NCBI GenBank assembly: GCA_965222225.1
Contig: CBDCTK010000002.1
Span: forward strand, 2,720,001 to 2,784,000
Direction: 5' to 3'
From: Candidatus Poribacteria bacterium
GTDB taxonomy: Bacteria; Poribacteria; WGA-4E; JAJDTR01
DNA: 64,000 nucleotides
Shown here: in pieces, positions 12,101 through 21,103 of the stretch
How the letters are laid out: the number at the start of each line of letters is the position of its first letter
Position numbering within the stretch: the stretch's first letter is position 1
Program-made: the position numbers and the translations under genes
The notes under the pieces: generated by a model
Database searches by the model: none
What the model was told of the DNA's origin: nothing
What the model saw: only the letters and a program-made list of their open reading frames with translations

Positions 12101-12343
12101 GGGAAGGGGCGCCCGACCATTTATGATTATATCAAGAATCACGCCGTGGCTCTCATCATCAATACACCTACGGGTGATTCGCACCATTCTAATGAGCGCC
12201 TGATCCGGAAGATGGCAATTGAGCATGACATTCCTCTATTTTCCACAATAGCGGGTGCCTCTGGCGCCGTCAACGGAATAGATGCGCTCCGCCGCGGCGA
12301 AATTTCCGTGTCGCCCCTCCAAAGTTACTATGAAAAGTATTGA
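9107..12343 (+). CDS. carB: Carbamoyl-phosphate synthase large subunit
   Basis: [30 protein letters not shown], duplicated ATP-grasp halves, MGS domain. Confidence 0.97.
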   Translation: MPKRTDINKILIIGSGPIIIGQACEFDYSGTQACKALKEEGYEVVLVNSNPATIMTDPEIADRTYIEPITPEVVAQIIAKERPHALLPTLGGQTGLNVSVALAQSGILDEYGVELIGAKLDAIQKAEDRELFKKAMQKIGLSVPKSGVARSLEDANAIISIIDFPAIIRPAFTLGGTGGAIAYNIEEFEKMVGTGLALSPISEVLIEESVIGWKEFELEVMRDSADNVVIICSIENVDPMGVHTGDSITVAPAQTLTDKEYQYMRDSAIKIIREIGVDTGGSNIQFAVHPGDGRQVVIEMNPRVSRSSALASKATGFPIAKIAAKLAVGYTLDEIPNDITRQTPASFEPTIDYVVVKIPRWAFEKFRGTDETLTIQMKSVGEAMSIGRTFKEALQKGLRSLETGWHGLDNHALEALPLSEFDQKFTVPNVERIFYIKQALRQRMSVEQIYAYTKIDPFFLYNIKEIVDFEMELEEKLQHWTPTEPMTEATRRLVYKAKQFGFSDRQLASICGASEAEIRTWRKAAGIEATFKTVDTCAAEFEAETPYYYSTYSSEDEVRPTSKRKIMILGGGPNRIGQGIEFDYCCVHAAMALKEDGYETIMVNSNPETVSTDYDTSDRLYFEPLTHEDVLNIVDREQPEGVIVQFGGQTPLNLALGLQEAGVPIIGTSPDDIARSEDRKLFKEVLDQNGLAQPPNGIATSIEEAAPIAESIGYPVIVRPSYVLGGRAMQIVYNEELLMGYMRSAVAASPEHPILIDKYLEDAIEVDVDAISDGNITVIGGIMEHIEEAGIHSGDSDCVLPPYTLAEDQIDQLKEYTYALAKTLNLCGLMNVQYAIRNDRIFVLEVNSRASRTIPFVSKAIGVPLAKLAARVMAGKTLRELGFTAEIVPEYFSVKAPVFPFDRFPGADSRLGPEMKSTGEVMGIDMNLSKAFAKAQDACGDKLPLEGTAFISVRNKDKRAILFIAKKLWDMGFELIATHGTAKVLRRNGMEVTLVHSIGKGRPTIYDYIKNHAVALIINTPTGDSHHSNERLIRKMAIEHDIPLFSTIAGASGAVNGIDALRRGEISVSPLQSYYEKY

Positions 12344-12596
12344 GAGTAACGCGCCTCGCGAGTTGGATAGCGGTGTTTAAATCGTTTTTATCTTTCAACC
12401 GGTAATCTTATTTCACATGGGACTCATACCGTTGAACGCCTTAGTGGCTTGTAATGTCTATTCGTTATGCGTAATGGGATAGAGATCCCTTGTGCTACAA
12501 AGGGGGCAACTTGCGTAAGTCCTATCACCTTGTAGATGCAGCCACAACTAGTGGGGTCGGGGATTATCGAATTGCCGATTTCTCCTCTTATTGAAA

Positions 12597-13397
12597 ATGA
12601 CGACTGAATCCATCAACAGCCATAGGCATCTGATACAGACGCTTGACGAAATTCTGAATGACCTCGAATTTGATGCTGATCATCCTATCAAAATCGTGCG
12701 AATGGCGGACGGTAGGGAGGTTATCACTGTGCGGCCAAACCCGTTTACCGTGTCGCGCATGTATACCTCCGGGCGCCCTGATGGGCGGAAGCCCCACGGG
12801 AAAAATTCGTACTACAACTACATCCAAAGTCGGATGGAGGACTATCAAAACTCGCACGGCAGCGACGAGGGTTTTGAGTTAACCCAAGAAGAGTGGCGAA
12901 CGCTGTTTGACGAATCGTATGACCGATATACCCGCTACCTGCTTTGCGCGGGCATTAAACGCTGGCATGATGTGAAGCGCGACACCGACACTAACTTGGC
13001 GGTGTCGAACTTAGCGAAAAAATTTGCCTCGTCCGAAACTGCGTGGCAGAGCTATCAGTACAAGGGGTATATGCTCATGATGAACAGCATCGCGTCCGCG
13101 GAATTGAGTCTGATGGAGGACAATCGGGCGGAGGCGTTAAGCCAAGTCAATGAGGGGATTCAACGGATTGGTCAGTTTTGCGGAGAGTGTTTGCGCGAGA
13201 ACCATGGCGAAGCCGAGAATATCACCCGCGACCGTTATTTGGCCAATCTAATCGAGTTTCGGACAGATCTTGAGTCTGTGGAGGCGGGATTGGAGGAGGA
13301 ACACGGGGATGATCGTCAGGAGGAAGGTGACGATGGAGATGGCACGGACATCTTAGAGGAACTCGAACAGTTACTCGGGGAGAGATCGAACGAGTGA
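12597..13397 (+). CDS. Hypothetical protein resembling the PVC-group 'UvrB/UvrC motif-containing' family N-terminal domain
   Basis: GRPDGRKPHG...YDRYTRYL...VKRDTDTNL motifs recalled from that family; acidic tail. Confidence 0.55.
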   Translation: MTTESINSHRHLIQTLDEILNDLEFDADHPIKIVRMADGREVITVRPNPFTVSRMYTSGRPDGRKPHGKNSYYNYIQSRMEDYQNSHGSDEGFELTQEEWRTLFDESYDRYTRYLLCAGIKRWHDVKRDTDTNLAVSNLAKKFASSETAWQSYQYKGYMLMMNSIASAELSLMEDNRAEALSQVNEGIQRIGQFCGECLRENHGEAENITRDRYLANLIEFRTDLESVEAGLEEEHGDDRQEEGDDGDGTDILEELEQLLGERSNE

Positions 13398-13541
13398 ATT
13401 GCGAGTGCGATAGAACTCCCGTAGGAGTCTTTTCCCTGTCGCGAGTAAAACTCGTTCCTACAGAGAATCTGTTGTAGTGAATTGCACTAGTAAAAAACCG
13501 AACTACATAACGCCTAATTGACTTATCTGTAGGTGTGATGT

Positions 13542-14030
13542 TTACTCCACGCCGTACTTGTCTCGGATGGTCTTTATGAGGTTGGTAGTGGACTTGCCCG
13601 GGACATTCAATCCAACCATTATTTTCCCACCGTTTGCCTCTACGACTTCTCGCTCGATAACCTCATCAATTCTGTAATCTCCTCCCTTGATGTGAATGTC
13701 CGGTTTCAGTTGGGACAACACTGCCGTTGCATCGCGCTCGGAGAATACCGTGACATAATCCACGCATTCGAGCCCTGCCAGCAGTTCGGCGCGTTCGGTT
13801 TCCGGGACAAGCGGACGGTCTGCGCCTTTTAATTCTCGTACCGAACTATCGCTGTTTACGCAAACGATGAGCAGATCGCCGACCTCGCGAGCCGCCTGTA
13901 GGTAACGCAGATGGCCGAGGTGCAGTACGTCAAAACAGCCATTGGTGGTGACGATAGTTTTGCCCTTGGTCTTGGCATCTTTAAGAATCTCCGCAAGTTC
14001 GGCGGAGAGATAAATCTTACGTCGTGGCAT
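13542..14030 (-). CDS. rfaE2: D-glycero-beta-D-manno-heptose 1-phosphate adenylyltransferase (HldE/RfaE domain II)
   Basis: TNGCFDVLHLGHLRYL, NSDSSVRELKG, KGGDY, KSTT. Confidence 0.92.
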   Translation of the reverse strand: MPRRKIYLSAELAEILKDAKTKGKTIVTTNGCFDVLHLGHLRYLQAAREVGDLLIVCVNSDSSVRELKGADRPLVPETERAELLAGLECVDYVTVFSERDATAVLSQLKPDIHIKGGDYRIDEVIEREVVEANGGKIMVGLNVPGKSTTNLIKTIRDKYGVE

Positions 14031-14219
14031 TTTCAGTACTCGAGAATGAAGTAAATTATCAGCCGTTAGTGCCGTTAGTCTTGCCGTGTGTCCGCTCTCT
14101 AATTTCCGCGCGCAGATCGTTCGTCACGCCACGATCGCATTGCATTCGGGACGTTGAAGGATACTTTGACTATACCAAATTCACACCGCTATTTCAACCC
14201 CCATTGTGTCCATCGCTAA

Positions 14220-14440
14220 GAGCCTGTTTGAATAATCGGTGGCAAAGCAATTTTTAGTCATTTGCCGGAAGTTTTTTCATTAGTTGGCTGCTACATACCT
14301 GTAGGATCTCTATCGCAGTCGCTATTCGCTTCCTTGATCCCACTCTGGGGCTTTAGATGCTGGTGCGCAGGGGATCTCTATCGCAGTCATTATTCATTCC
14401 TTTGATCGCACCCTACAAACTGTACTTTTCAAACAGGCTC
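14220..14440. mobile_element. MITE, second member of the GAGCCTGTTTGAA family (inverted), TAA duplication
   Basis: Same terminal repeats; TAA at 14217-14219 and 14441-14443; shares subterminal AATAATCGGYGGCAAAGC with the 1168-1554 copy. Confidence 0.8.
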
Positions 14441-14719
14441 TAAGGTAATCACGTCTGATTGGCGGGGGATGTGGAAGGATGGAAGCACGTTGGGCGGTGC
14501 ACACCCTACCACTACAACTCTACAATCAAGTGCAATTGCCCTGTTGCCGCGGTGATTCATCCTTGACAAGTGAGGTGTTGTCTGATAAATTTTACTCCAA
14601 TATAAACTCCAAGTAAAGAACCCTAACTGACGCATCAAGACGCGAAATTGACTCGCGATCCTCATATCGCCGGCAATCTATGCTTTGCCAATAGAAGATT
14701 CCATCTTAATTCAATGTAT

Positions 14720-15763
14720 TAGGAGTTACGCAGTTGAGTGAAAATAGGTTATAATTTGAGTATGAATCCCCCTAAATATACTGACACTGACTATATTGAT
14801 TTCTTGGTAGCCGCTCAGAAAAGTTACAGTTGTCTTGAATCGGAAAAAGTTCAACCCCAAGCTGATAATCCTCCGGCTCACGATTCGATAACACGGCTCT
14901 TGCATCGAGAGGAACCCGATACTGGCAAACTGTGGCAAGAATCGAGAAATCAGGTGAAATTAGAATCCGGAATTTTAGTTATAGATGACTCGACTCTGGA
15001 TAAACCTTATTCACAAAAGATTGAACTCGTGACAAAACACTGGTCAGGGAAACACCACCGAGTTGTGAATGGGATTAACTTGGTCACTTTGCTCTGGACG
15101 GATGGCGATAGACATATTCCGTGTGATTATCGAATCTATGATAAAGCCAAAGACGGCTTGACGAAGAATGAGCATTTCCGCGCCATGCTTGAAGAAGCGA
15201 AAACACGCGGTTTTGCTCCTGAATGTGTGTGTTTTGATAGTTGGTATGCCAGTCTAAAGAATCTAAAAGCGGTGCGAGGTCATGGTTGGAAGTGGCTTAC
15301 TCGTCTAGCTGCCAACCGACTTGTCAGTAAAGATTATTCCGGTAACCGTCCGGTGAGTACGCTTCCGAGTGAATCAACAGGTACAATTGTCCATCTCAAA
15401 GGCTATGGATTGATTCGAGTATTTAAGGTTGACACTCCAGAAGGTGACATTGAATATTGGGCAACGAATGATTTACAGATGGACGAATTGACGCGTCTCA
15501 AATATGCCGAATGGTCTTGGACAATAGAAGAATATCATCGCGGGATTAAGCAATTTGTTGGCATTGAACGCGCACAAGTGCGCTCTGCTCGCACTCAAAG
15601 AAATCATATCGGTTTAGCGCTGAGAGCCTTTCTGAGAATTGAGCACTATTGCTATCATACCGGTATCAGTTGGTTTGATGCAAAACTCTCTATTGTCAGA
15701 GATGCGGTACGGGCTTATTTGGCACAACCTCTTTATACGCTTCAGCCAACTGCGTAACTCCTA
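14720..15763 (+). mobile_element. IS701-family insertion sequence, copy 1 (transposase ORF 14738-15757)
   Basis: IRs TAGGAGTTACGCAGTTG; 5-bp TSD TGTAT; DDE motifs VIDDSTLDKPY, FDSWY, WTIEEYHRGIKQ. Confidence 0.92.
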
Positions 15764-15813
15764 TGTATAATGATGAATAAAAGATTCTACGGGTTTGTCA
15801 AAGAAAGACAATT

Positions 15814-16635
15814 ATGGATACCGTAAATGAGCTTCAATTCAAGCAAAGAAAATATATGCCGGTCTTTCCAAGAGCGAGCGGAAAACCGACGATCTACATT
15901 GAGGGATACCCGTGTGAGGACGATGAACCTATAGCAGCGACAGGATTTCACGCTGAGCAGATTACCACGTTTTCCGATCAACTTTCGCGATATTTTGAAA
16001 TTAACGCACTGATCTACATTGGAATTGACAGTTTCATCTTCTATCGCGAAGGGGACATCACAAAGTTCGTCGCCCCGGATGTTTACGTCGTTTTAGGCGC
16101 TAATAAAAATCCACAGCGGCGGAGTTTTTATACATGGTCGGAAGGCGCAGTTCCTACGGCTGTTTTTGAGTTTCTTTCCGACGCGACAGCAAATCAGGAT
16201 CGGTATGAAAAAGTCCGAGTGTATATGATTGATATAGGCGTTCAAGAATACTTCATCCATCAACCCGAGATGGAGAAGCCCCCGGAATTTCGTGGATGGC
16301 GGCGGATCCCTTCGGGTGGCATGGCGGAAATCGCGCCGGATGAACGGGGCGGCTTATTCAGCGAAGCGTTAAATCTCTGGTTTCGATGGGAGGACCAACT
16401 TAATACTCACGTCAGGCTTTTGCGCCCGTACCTGCCTGATGGCACGCCGATTACAACTTCCAGGGAGGAGCATCACCTTAGGGTGGAAGCGCAGGCGCTT
16501 GCCGCGGAGGAAGCAGAGCGGCGGCGGGACGCGGAAACGCTTGCCAGAGAAGAAGCAGAACGGCGACGAGAAGCGGAAGCGGAGCTGGAACGCCTCCGCG
16601 CGCAACTCGCTAACCGCCAAGAGGAAAGCGCGTGA
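15814..16635 (+). CDS. Uma2-family (DUF820) endonuclease with coiled-coil tail
   Basis: VAPDVYVV, VFEFLS, QEYF, EAERRR repeats. Confidence 0.85.
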   Translation: MDTVNELQFKQRKYMPVFPRASGKPTIYIEGYPCEDDEPIAATGFHAEQITTFSDQLSRYFEINALIYIGIDSFIFYREGDITKFVAPDVYVVLGANKNPQRRSFYTWSEGAVPTAVFEFLSDATANQDRYEKVRVYMIDIGVQEYFIHQPEMEKPPEFRGWRRIPSGGMAEIAPDERGGLFSEALNLWFRWEDQLNTHVRLLRPYLPDGTPITTSREEHHLRVEAQALAAEEAERRRDAETLAREEAERRREAEAELERLRAQLANRQEESA

Positions 16636-16931
16636 CAAACAGGTCGCTCAAGCTAACGTAGTTGAAAGTCTAACGGTTTGCGGTAAGGCAGTCTAGTACT
16701 AAATCAAGCGACAAAACAGGGAGCGATCAACTGAGCGAATAGTGAAGGCGATAGAAGATCCCGATAGAACTCCCCTCCACATTTCGACTTCCTGTTGCCG
16801 CGTAGGTCCTACGTTTGAAATATAACAACTAACTCACAAATTGGACATAGAAATTTTCGGATAAACGCACATTCCGTAATCTGTGTCATTGCCACGGCCA
16901 TCGGTCAACTAACAAGGAGAAGGTAGAATTC

Positions 16932-17987
16932 ATGAGTAAGCTACGGGTTGGAATCATCGGTTGCGGCGGAATCGCTCGCTCCCACTGCGATGCTATCGCG
17001 CAGCTGCACGATCGGGTTGAAGTCGTCGCTGTCGCGGACCTCTTTGAGGAAAAGCGGCGCGAGTACATGGAGAAGTACAACATTCCCAAAGGGTACGGCT
17101 CTCATACCGAACTCCTGAAGGACGACGAGATTGACGCCGTAGCTGTCACGTTGGGACACCAACTCCATCATCGCCTTACGGTGGACGCTTGCAATGCCGG
17201 CAAGCACGTGTTGGTCGAAAAGCCGATGGCGATTAGCTTGGAGCAGTGCGACAACATGATTGCCGCCGCGGCTGCCAATGATGTCAAGCTGATGGTCGGG
17301 CAGACACAGCACTTTTATGGCACCAGTCTAAAGGCGAAAGAGATTCTTGATTCGGGCGAGCTTGGACCGCTAATTACCGCCGTGTGCTACATGTCCAAGA
17401 AATGGGGTTTCTCGGGACGTCCTCCGCAGTACCGCAGCCGCTACCACGGCGGCGGGATGTGGTTATCGAACGGCGTTCACGTCGTCGATCGCCTGACGTG
17501 GGTGATGGCGTCGCAAGCGGTTTCCGTATCCGCATCTATCGGAACGCGGGCGCACTATCAGGCGGGCGATGATTCCGCTACGGCGTTCATTCGATACAAG
17601 AATGGACTGGCGGGCGTTGCAGTATCGGTAGGCTATGCGGACGGCGCACCGAGTTATGAGTGCCACGTTATCTGCGCCAACGGATCGCTGCGGTTCAGCC
17701 AGCACGGCGAAAAATTCGTCAAGATTGGAAAGAACGACAAATGGGAAGATGTGCCGTTTGACGATCCCCCCGCTCAGTTCCAGAACGAGTGGAAAGCGTT
17801 TGTCGAAGCAATTCAGCAGAACATAGAGCCGCCCGCGCACGGTGAGTGGGGGCGTCACATCATGGAGATTCTGTTCGCGGCAGAGGAATCGGCAATCACG
17901 GGTCAGGAAGTGTTGCTTGAAAGCGGTTTGAACTGGACGTCGCAACAGTCTGGCTCGCCGATAACGCGAGAGCACGGTTGGGTTTAA
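16932..17987 (+). CDS. Gfo/Idh/MocA oxidoreductase
   Basis: GIIGCGGIA, HVLVEKPMA, GVHVVD. Confidence 0.92.
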   Translation: MSKLRVGIIGCGGIARSHCDAIAQLHDRVEVVAVADLFEEKRREYMEKYNIPKGYGSHTELLKDDEIDAVAVTLGHQLHHRLTVDACNAGKHVLVEKPMAISLEQCDNMIAAAAANDVKLMVGQTQHFYGTSLKAKEILDSGELGPLITAVCYMSKKWGFSGRPPQYRSRYHGGGMWLSNGVHVVDRLTWVMASQAVSVSASIGTRAHYQAGDDSATAFIRYKNGLAGVAVSVGYADGAPSYECHVICANGSLRFSQHGEKFVKIGKNDKWEDVPFDDPPAQFQNEWKAFVEAIQQNIEPPAHGEWGRHIMEILFAAEESAITGQEVLLESGLNWTSQQSGSPITREHGWV

Positions 17988-18266
17988 GCGAATTGGAATA
18001 TTGAAGTTTATCTTCCGAGGCGGCTAGGAAGAGTGGGATTGGAAGGCTGGAAGCGTGGAAGCTTGGAAGATTCTCCTTGCACGTCACCCTTGAATGTAAA
18101 GTTTATTTTCTAGTATTTACGCAGTTGAACGCTCAAGTCCTCCTAGTTCGATGAATTTACTGTAGGGAATAACGTGCGATTTCTATGGGAATTCTATCGC
18201 CCTCCCTGTTCAGTCGGTTGATCGTAATATTTTTACAATTTTGCCTTAGAAAACGGAGTTTACTTT

Positions 18267-19316
18267 ATGTCCGAAAATCAGTTTCTATTTACCCGTCACC
18301 CCGGTCTGGAGGGATCTTGGCCGTTTGTCCACGAGCGTATGGTCACACGGCTTGATGAATTGGGTACCACGATTGTCCTCAACACGAAAAGTGACGAGGC
18401 GATTCATCAACAGATTGAGCTTGAAAATGTCGTGGGAATCGCCCGTTTCGGCGGTAAGTTAACGGCAGAGTGCATCGCCCATGCACCCAAACTGCGAATG
18501 GTTGGCTCAATGGATGACAATACCGGCGGGAGAGAACCGTTCGTGGAACTTCAGGCGAGGAATATCCCGCTTATTGAATCCACACGCGCGTGGTCGCAAT
18601 CGGTCGCCGAGTGCGCGTTCGGATTAGCCTTATCGGCACTGAGACGCACGGCGCAATGGCACCATCGGATGGCGAATAAGGAGCCGTTGTGGACGTACGC
18701 TTACGGTCAATACTGCGACGCGCCAGACTTTGTGAACGGCGATCTCGGAACAAAGCACATCGGGGTCGTTGGATTGGGACAGATTGGCAGAAAGATTGCC
18801 CAGTGGTGCCGCGCTTTCGGCGCGAAGGTCGACGGGTACGATCCCTTCGTGGACGAATCATCGTTTAAGGAGTGGGATGTGCGCCCGGTTGATATGGATA
18901 TGCTCGTTAGCGAAGCCGACATTGTGTTCATTGCGGTACCGCCGACACCTTCGGCACGCCACCTGCTCTCGCGCGAACGAATCTATCGCCTGCATAAAGG
19001 CGCCTTGGTCGTCGCGATTACACGCGCGTTCGCGGTAGATATGGACGCCTTGCGCGAACGTATTCTCGCCGACGAGCTGGCGGGGGCATTCGATGTCTAC
19101 GACGTTGAACCGCTGCCTGTGGATGACCCGCTGCGCGGACGCGACAACGTTGTCCATACCCCACACATCGCCGGGAGAACCAAGGATGCGAATCTTCGGG
19201 TTGCCGATATGATTGTGGATGATTTTGCGCGTGTTTTGAATGGAGAAAAGCCACTCGGCGCATTGTCGCCCAAAGCCGCCGCCGTACGAACGCAGAATCT
19301 TGATTTGCCATACTAG
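18267..19316 (+). CDS. D-isomer-specific 2-hydroxyacid dehydrogenase
   Basis: GVVGLGQIG, DVYDVEPLP, TPHIAG. Confidence 0.9.
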   Translation: MSENQFLFTRHPGLEGSWPFVHERMVTRLDELGTTIVLNTKSDEAIHQQIELENVVGIARFGGKLTAECIAHAPKLRMVGSMDDNTGGREPFVELQARNIPLIESTRAWSQSVAECAFGLALSALRRTAQWHHRMANKEPLWTYAYGQYCDAPDFVNGDLGTKHIGVVGLGQIGRKIAQWCRAFGAKVDGYDPFVDESSFKEWDVRPVDMDMLVSEADIVFIAVPPTPSARHLLSRERIYRLHKGALVVAITRAFAVDMDALRERILADELAGAFDVYDVEPLPVDDPLRGRDNVVHTPHIAGRTKDANLRVADMIVDDFARVLNGEKPLGALSPKAAAVRTQNLDLPY

Positions 19317-19372
19317 GAGTTTTGTCACTTTTCTCGAAGACGAATCTCATACAATCTAGAGGAGAAAATTTC

Positions 19373-20467
19373 ATGGGTCAAAAAACTTATCGCGCCGCCG
19401 CCATCGGGCATACAGGCGCCGGAAATTACGGTCATGGGCTGCATGTCGCTTACAAGAACTTGGAAAATATCGAGTTTATCGCCGTTGCCGATCCGGACGA
19501 AGCCGGACGAAAGAAGGCGGTGGAGGAGACGGGAGCGTTACGCGACTACGCCGATTATCGCGACATGCTCGCCAAAGAGGAACTGGATATCGTAAGCGTT
19601 TGCCCGCGCTGGATTCCCAAACACCTCGAAATGGTGCCCGCCTGCCTTGACGCCGGCTGCCATATCTACTGCGAAAAACCGATGACGGCCACGCTCGCCG
19701 ATGGGGATGCCATCGTCAGCGCCGCGAAGGAGAAGGGGTTGAAAATTGCGGTGGCGCATCAGGGCGTGTATTCGCCGGTAACACAGGCGCTCAAAAAGGT
19801 GCTGGCAGAGGGCATAATCGGCGAAGTCCAAGCCATCTATGCGCACGGAAAGCAGGACGGGCGCGGAGGCGGCGAAGACATGATTACGCTCGGCACCCAT
19901 ACCTTCAACATGATGCGTTTCCTCGTCGGAGATGTCAAGTGGATGCACGCGCACATCACTGTCAATGGAAGGGAAATCACGATAGATGACGCTTGGGAAG
20001 GAACTGAGCCGGTGGGTCCGGTGGCAGGCGATGGCGTCAATAGCTATTTCGCCTTCAAGAGCGGTGTTTCCGGCTTGTATGATTCGCGGAAGGATCAGTT
20101 CGGGAGAGGCGGGATGGAGATACTTGGCAGCGAAGGCATCCTAATACCGGGCGGGGGGCCGAATTCGGTGACGATCTATCCGGATGCGGGCTGGTCGCCG
20201 CGCGATGAGTCGCAAGAGCGGAAACTTGTGGAAATCTGCGATCCGCCCTCGGTTGAAGGTGACGGAATAACGAGCGGCAACCAACTTGCCATCATTGACC
20301 TGATTGATGCGATCGAGAATGATCGGAAGCCTGTTTCTAGCGCCGAAGACGCTGTCGCCGCCTTGGAGATGATTGTGGGAGCGTACGAATCGCAGCTTAC
20401 GGGCGGGCGCGTCGAATTTCCGATTAAGAATCGGGAACACCCTTTGAAGCGGGGCGGGTCGGCTTAG
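19373..20467 (+). CDS. Gfo/Idh/MocA oxidoreductase
   Basis: HIYCEKPM, LGTH; AGGAG RBS before ATG 19373. Confidence 0.9.
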   Translation: MGQKTYRAAAIGHTGAGNYGHGLHVAYKNLENIEFIAVADPDEAGRKKAVEETGALRDYADYRDMLAKEELDIVSVCPRWIPKHLEMVPACLDAGCHIYCEKPMTATLADGDAIVSAAKEKGLKIAVAHQGVYSPVTQALKKVLAEGIIGEVQAIYAHGKQDGRGGGEDMITLGTHTFNMMRFLVGDVKWMHAHITVNGREITIDDAWEGTEPVGPVAGDGVNSYFAFKSGVSGLYDSRKDQFGRGGMEILGSEGILIPGGGPNSVTIYPDAGWSPRDESQERKLVEICDPPSVEGDGITSGNQLAIIDLIDAIENDRKPVSSAEDAVAALEMIVGAYESQLTGGRVEFPIKNREHPLKRGGSA

Positions 20468-20497
20468 GAAAGGAAGTAACTGTCTAGTTCAGCCTGT

Positions 20498-21000
20498 GTA
20501 AGAGTAATGAAATCTATGCAGGATTGGGTACAGTTGCTGGCTACGGAGGATTCAACACAATCAATAATGACGAATACAAGGGAATGACAGTTAATTGCTC
20601 GTATTGCTGAATTAGAAGCTGAAAATCGGACATTACGCACCCGTATAGCCGAATTGAAACGGCAGGTGCCGAAACTGTTAGCTACCCCCACTTCGCTTCC
20701 AGAAATGCCTGTCCCCGGATTTTTCAAACCGAAACAACAAAAACGTCGTCGCAAAAAGCCGGGAAAAAAACCGGAGACATGCCGGCAGTTACCGACATCG
20801 TCCCACCAAAGCTGACAAAATTGTTGACATACCTATAAAGGATTGTCTCCATTGTCATGGAGTGATTGAAAATATCACAACACATCAACGGTATGTTGAA
20901 GAGGTCACTCCGGCTCAGACAACAGTTGTCTGTTATCAGACACAGAGTGGATATTGCCCAAACTGCCAAAGGCGGGTGAAAAGCCATCACCCGCAACAGA
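20498..21000 (+). pseudogene. IS66-family transposase N-terminal remnant
   Basis: Broken frames read IARIAELEAENRTLRTRIAELKRQ, KRRRKKPG, CLHC, YCPNCQRRV (leucine zipper plus Zn finger); GTAAG start resembles an IS66 end. Confidence 0.65.
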
Positions 21001-21103
21001 GGTGCACCACATTTCTAATATCATAAGCGATTTTCTGCATTCACGTTAGGAATCCAATCGTTCAGTCTGGAAGGAACGGAGTCGTGTCTTTGAGGGATAC
21101 CGG

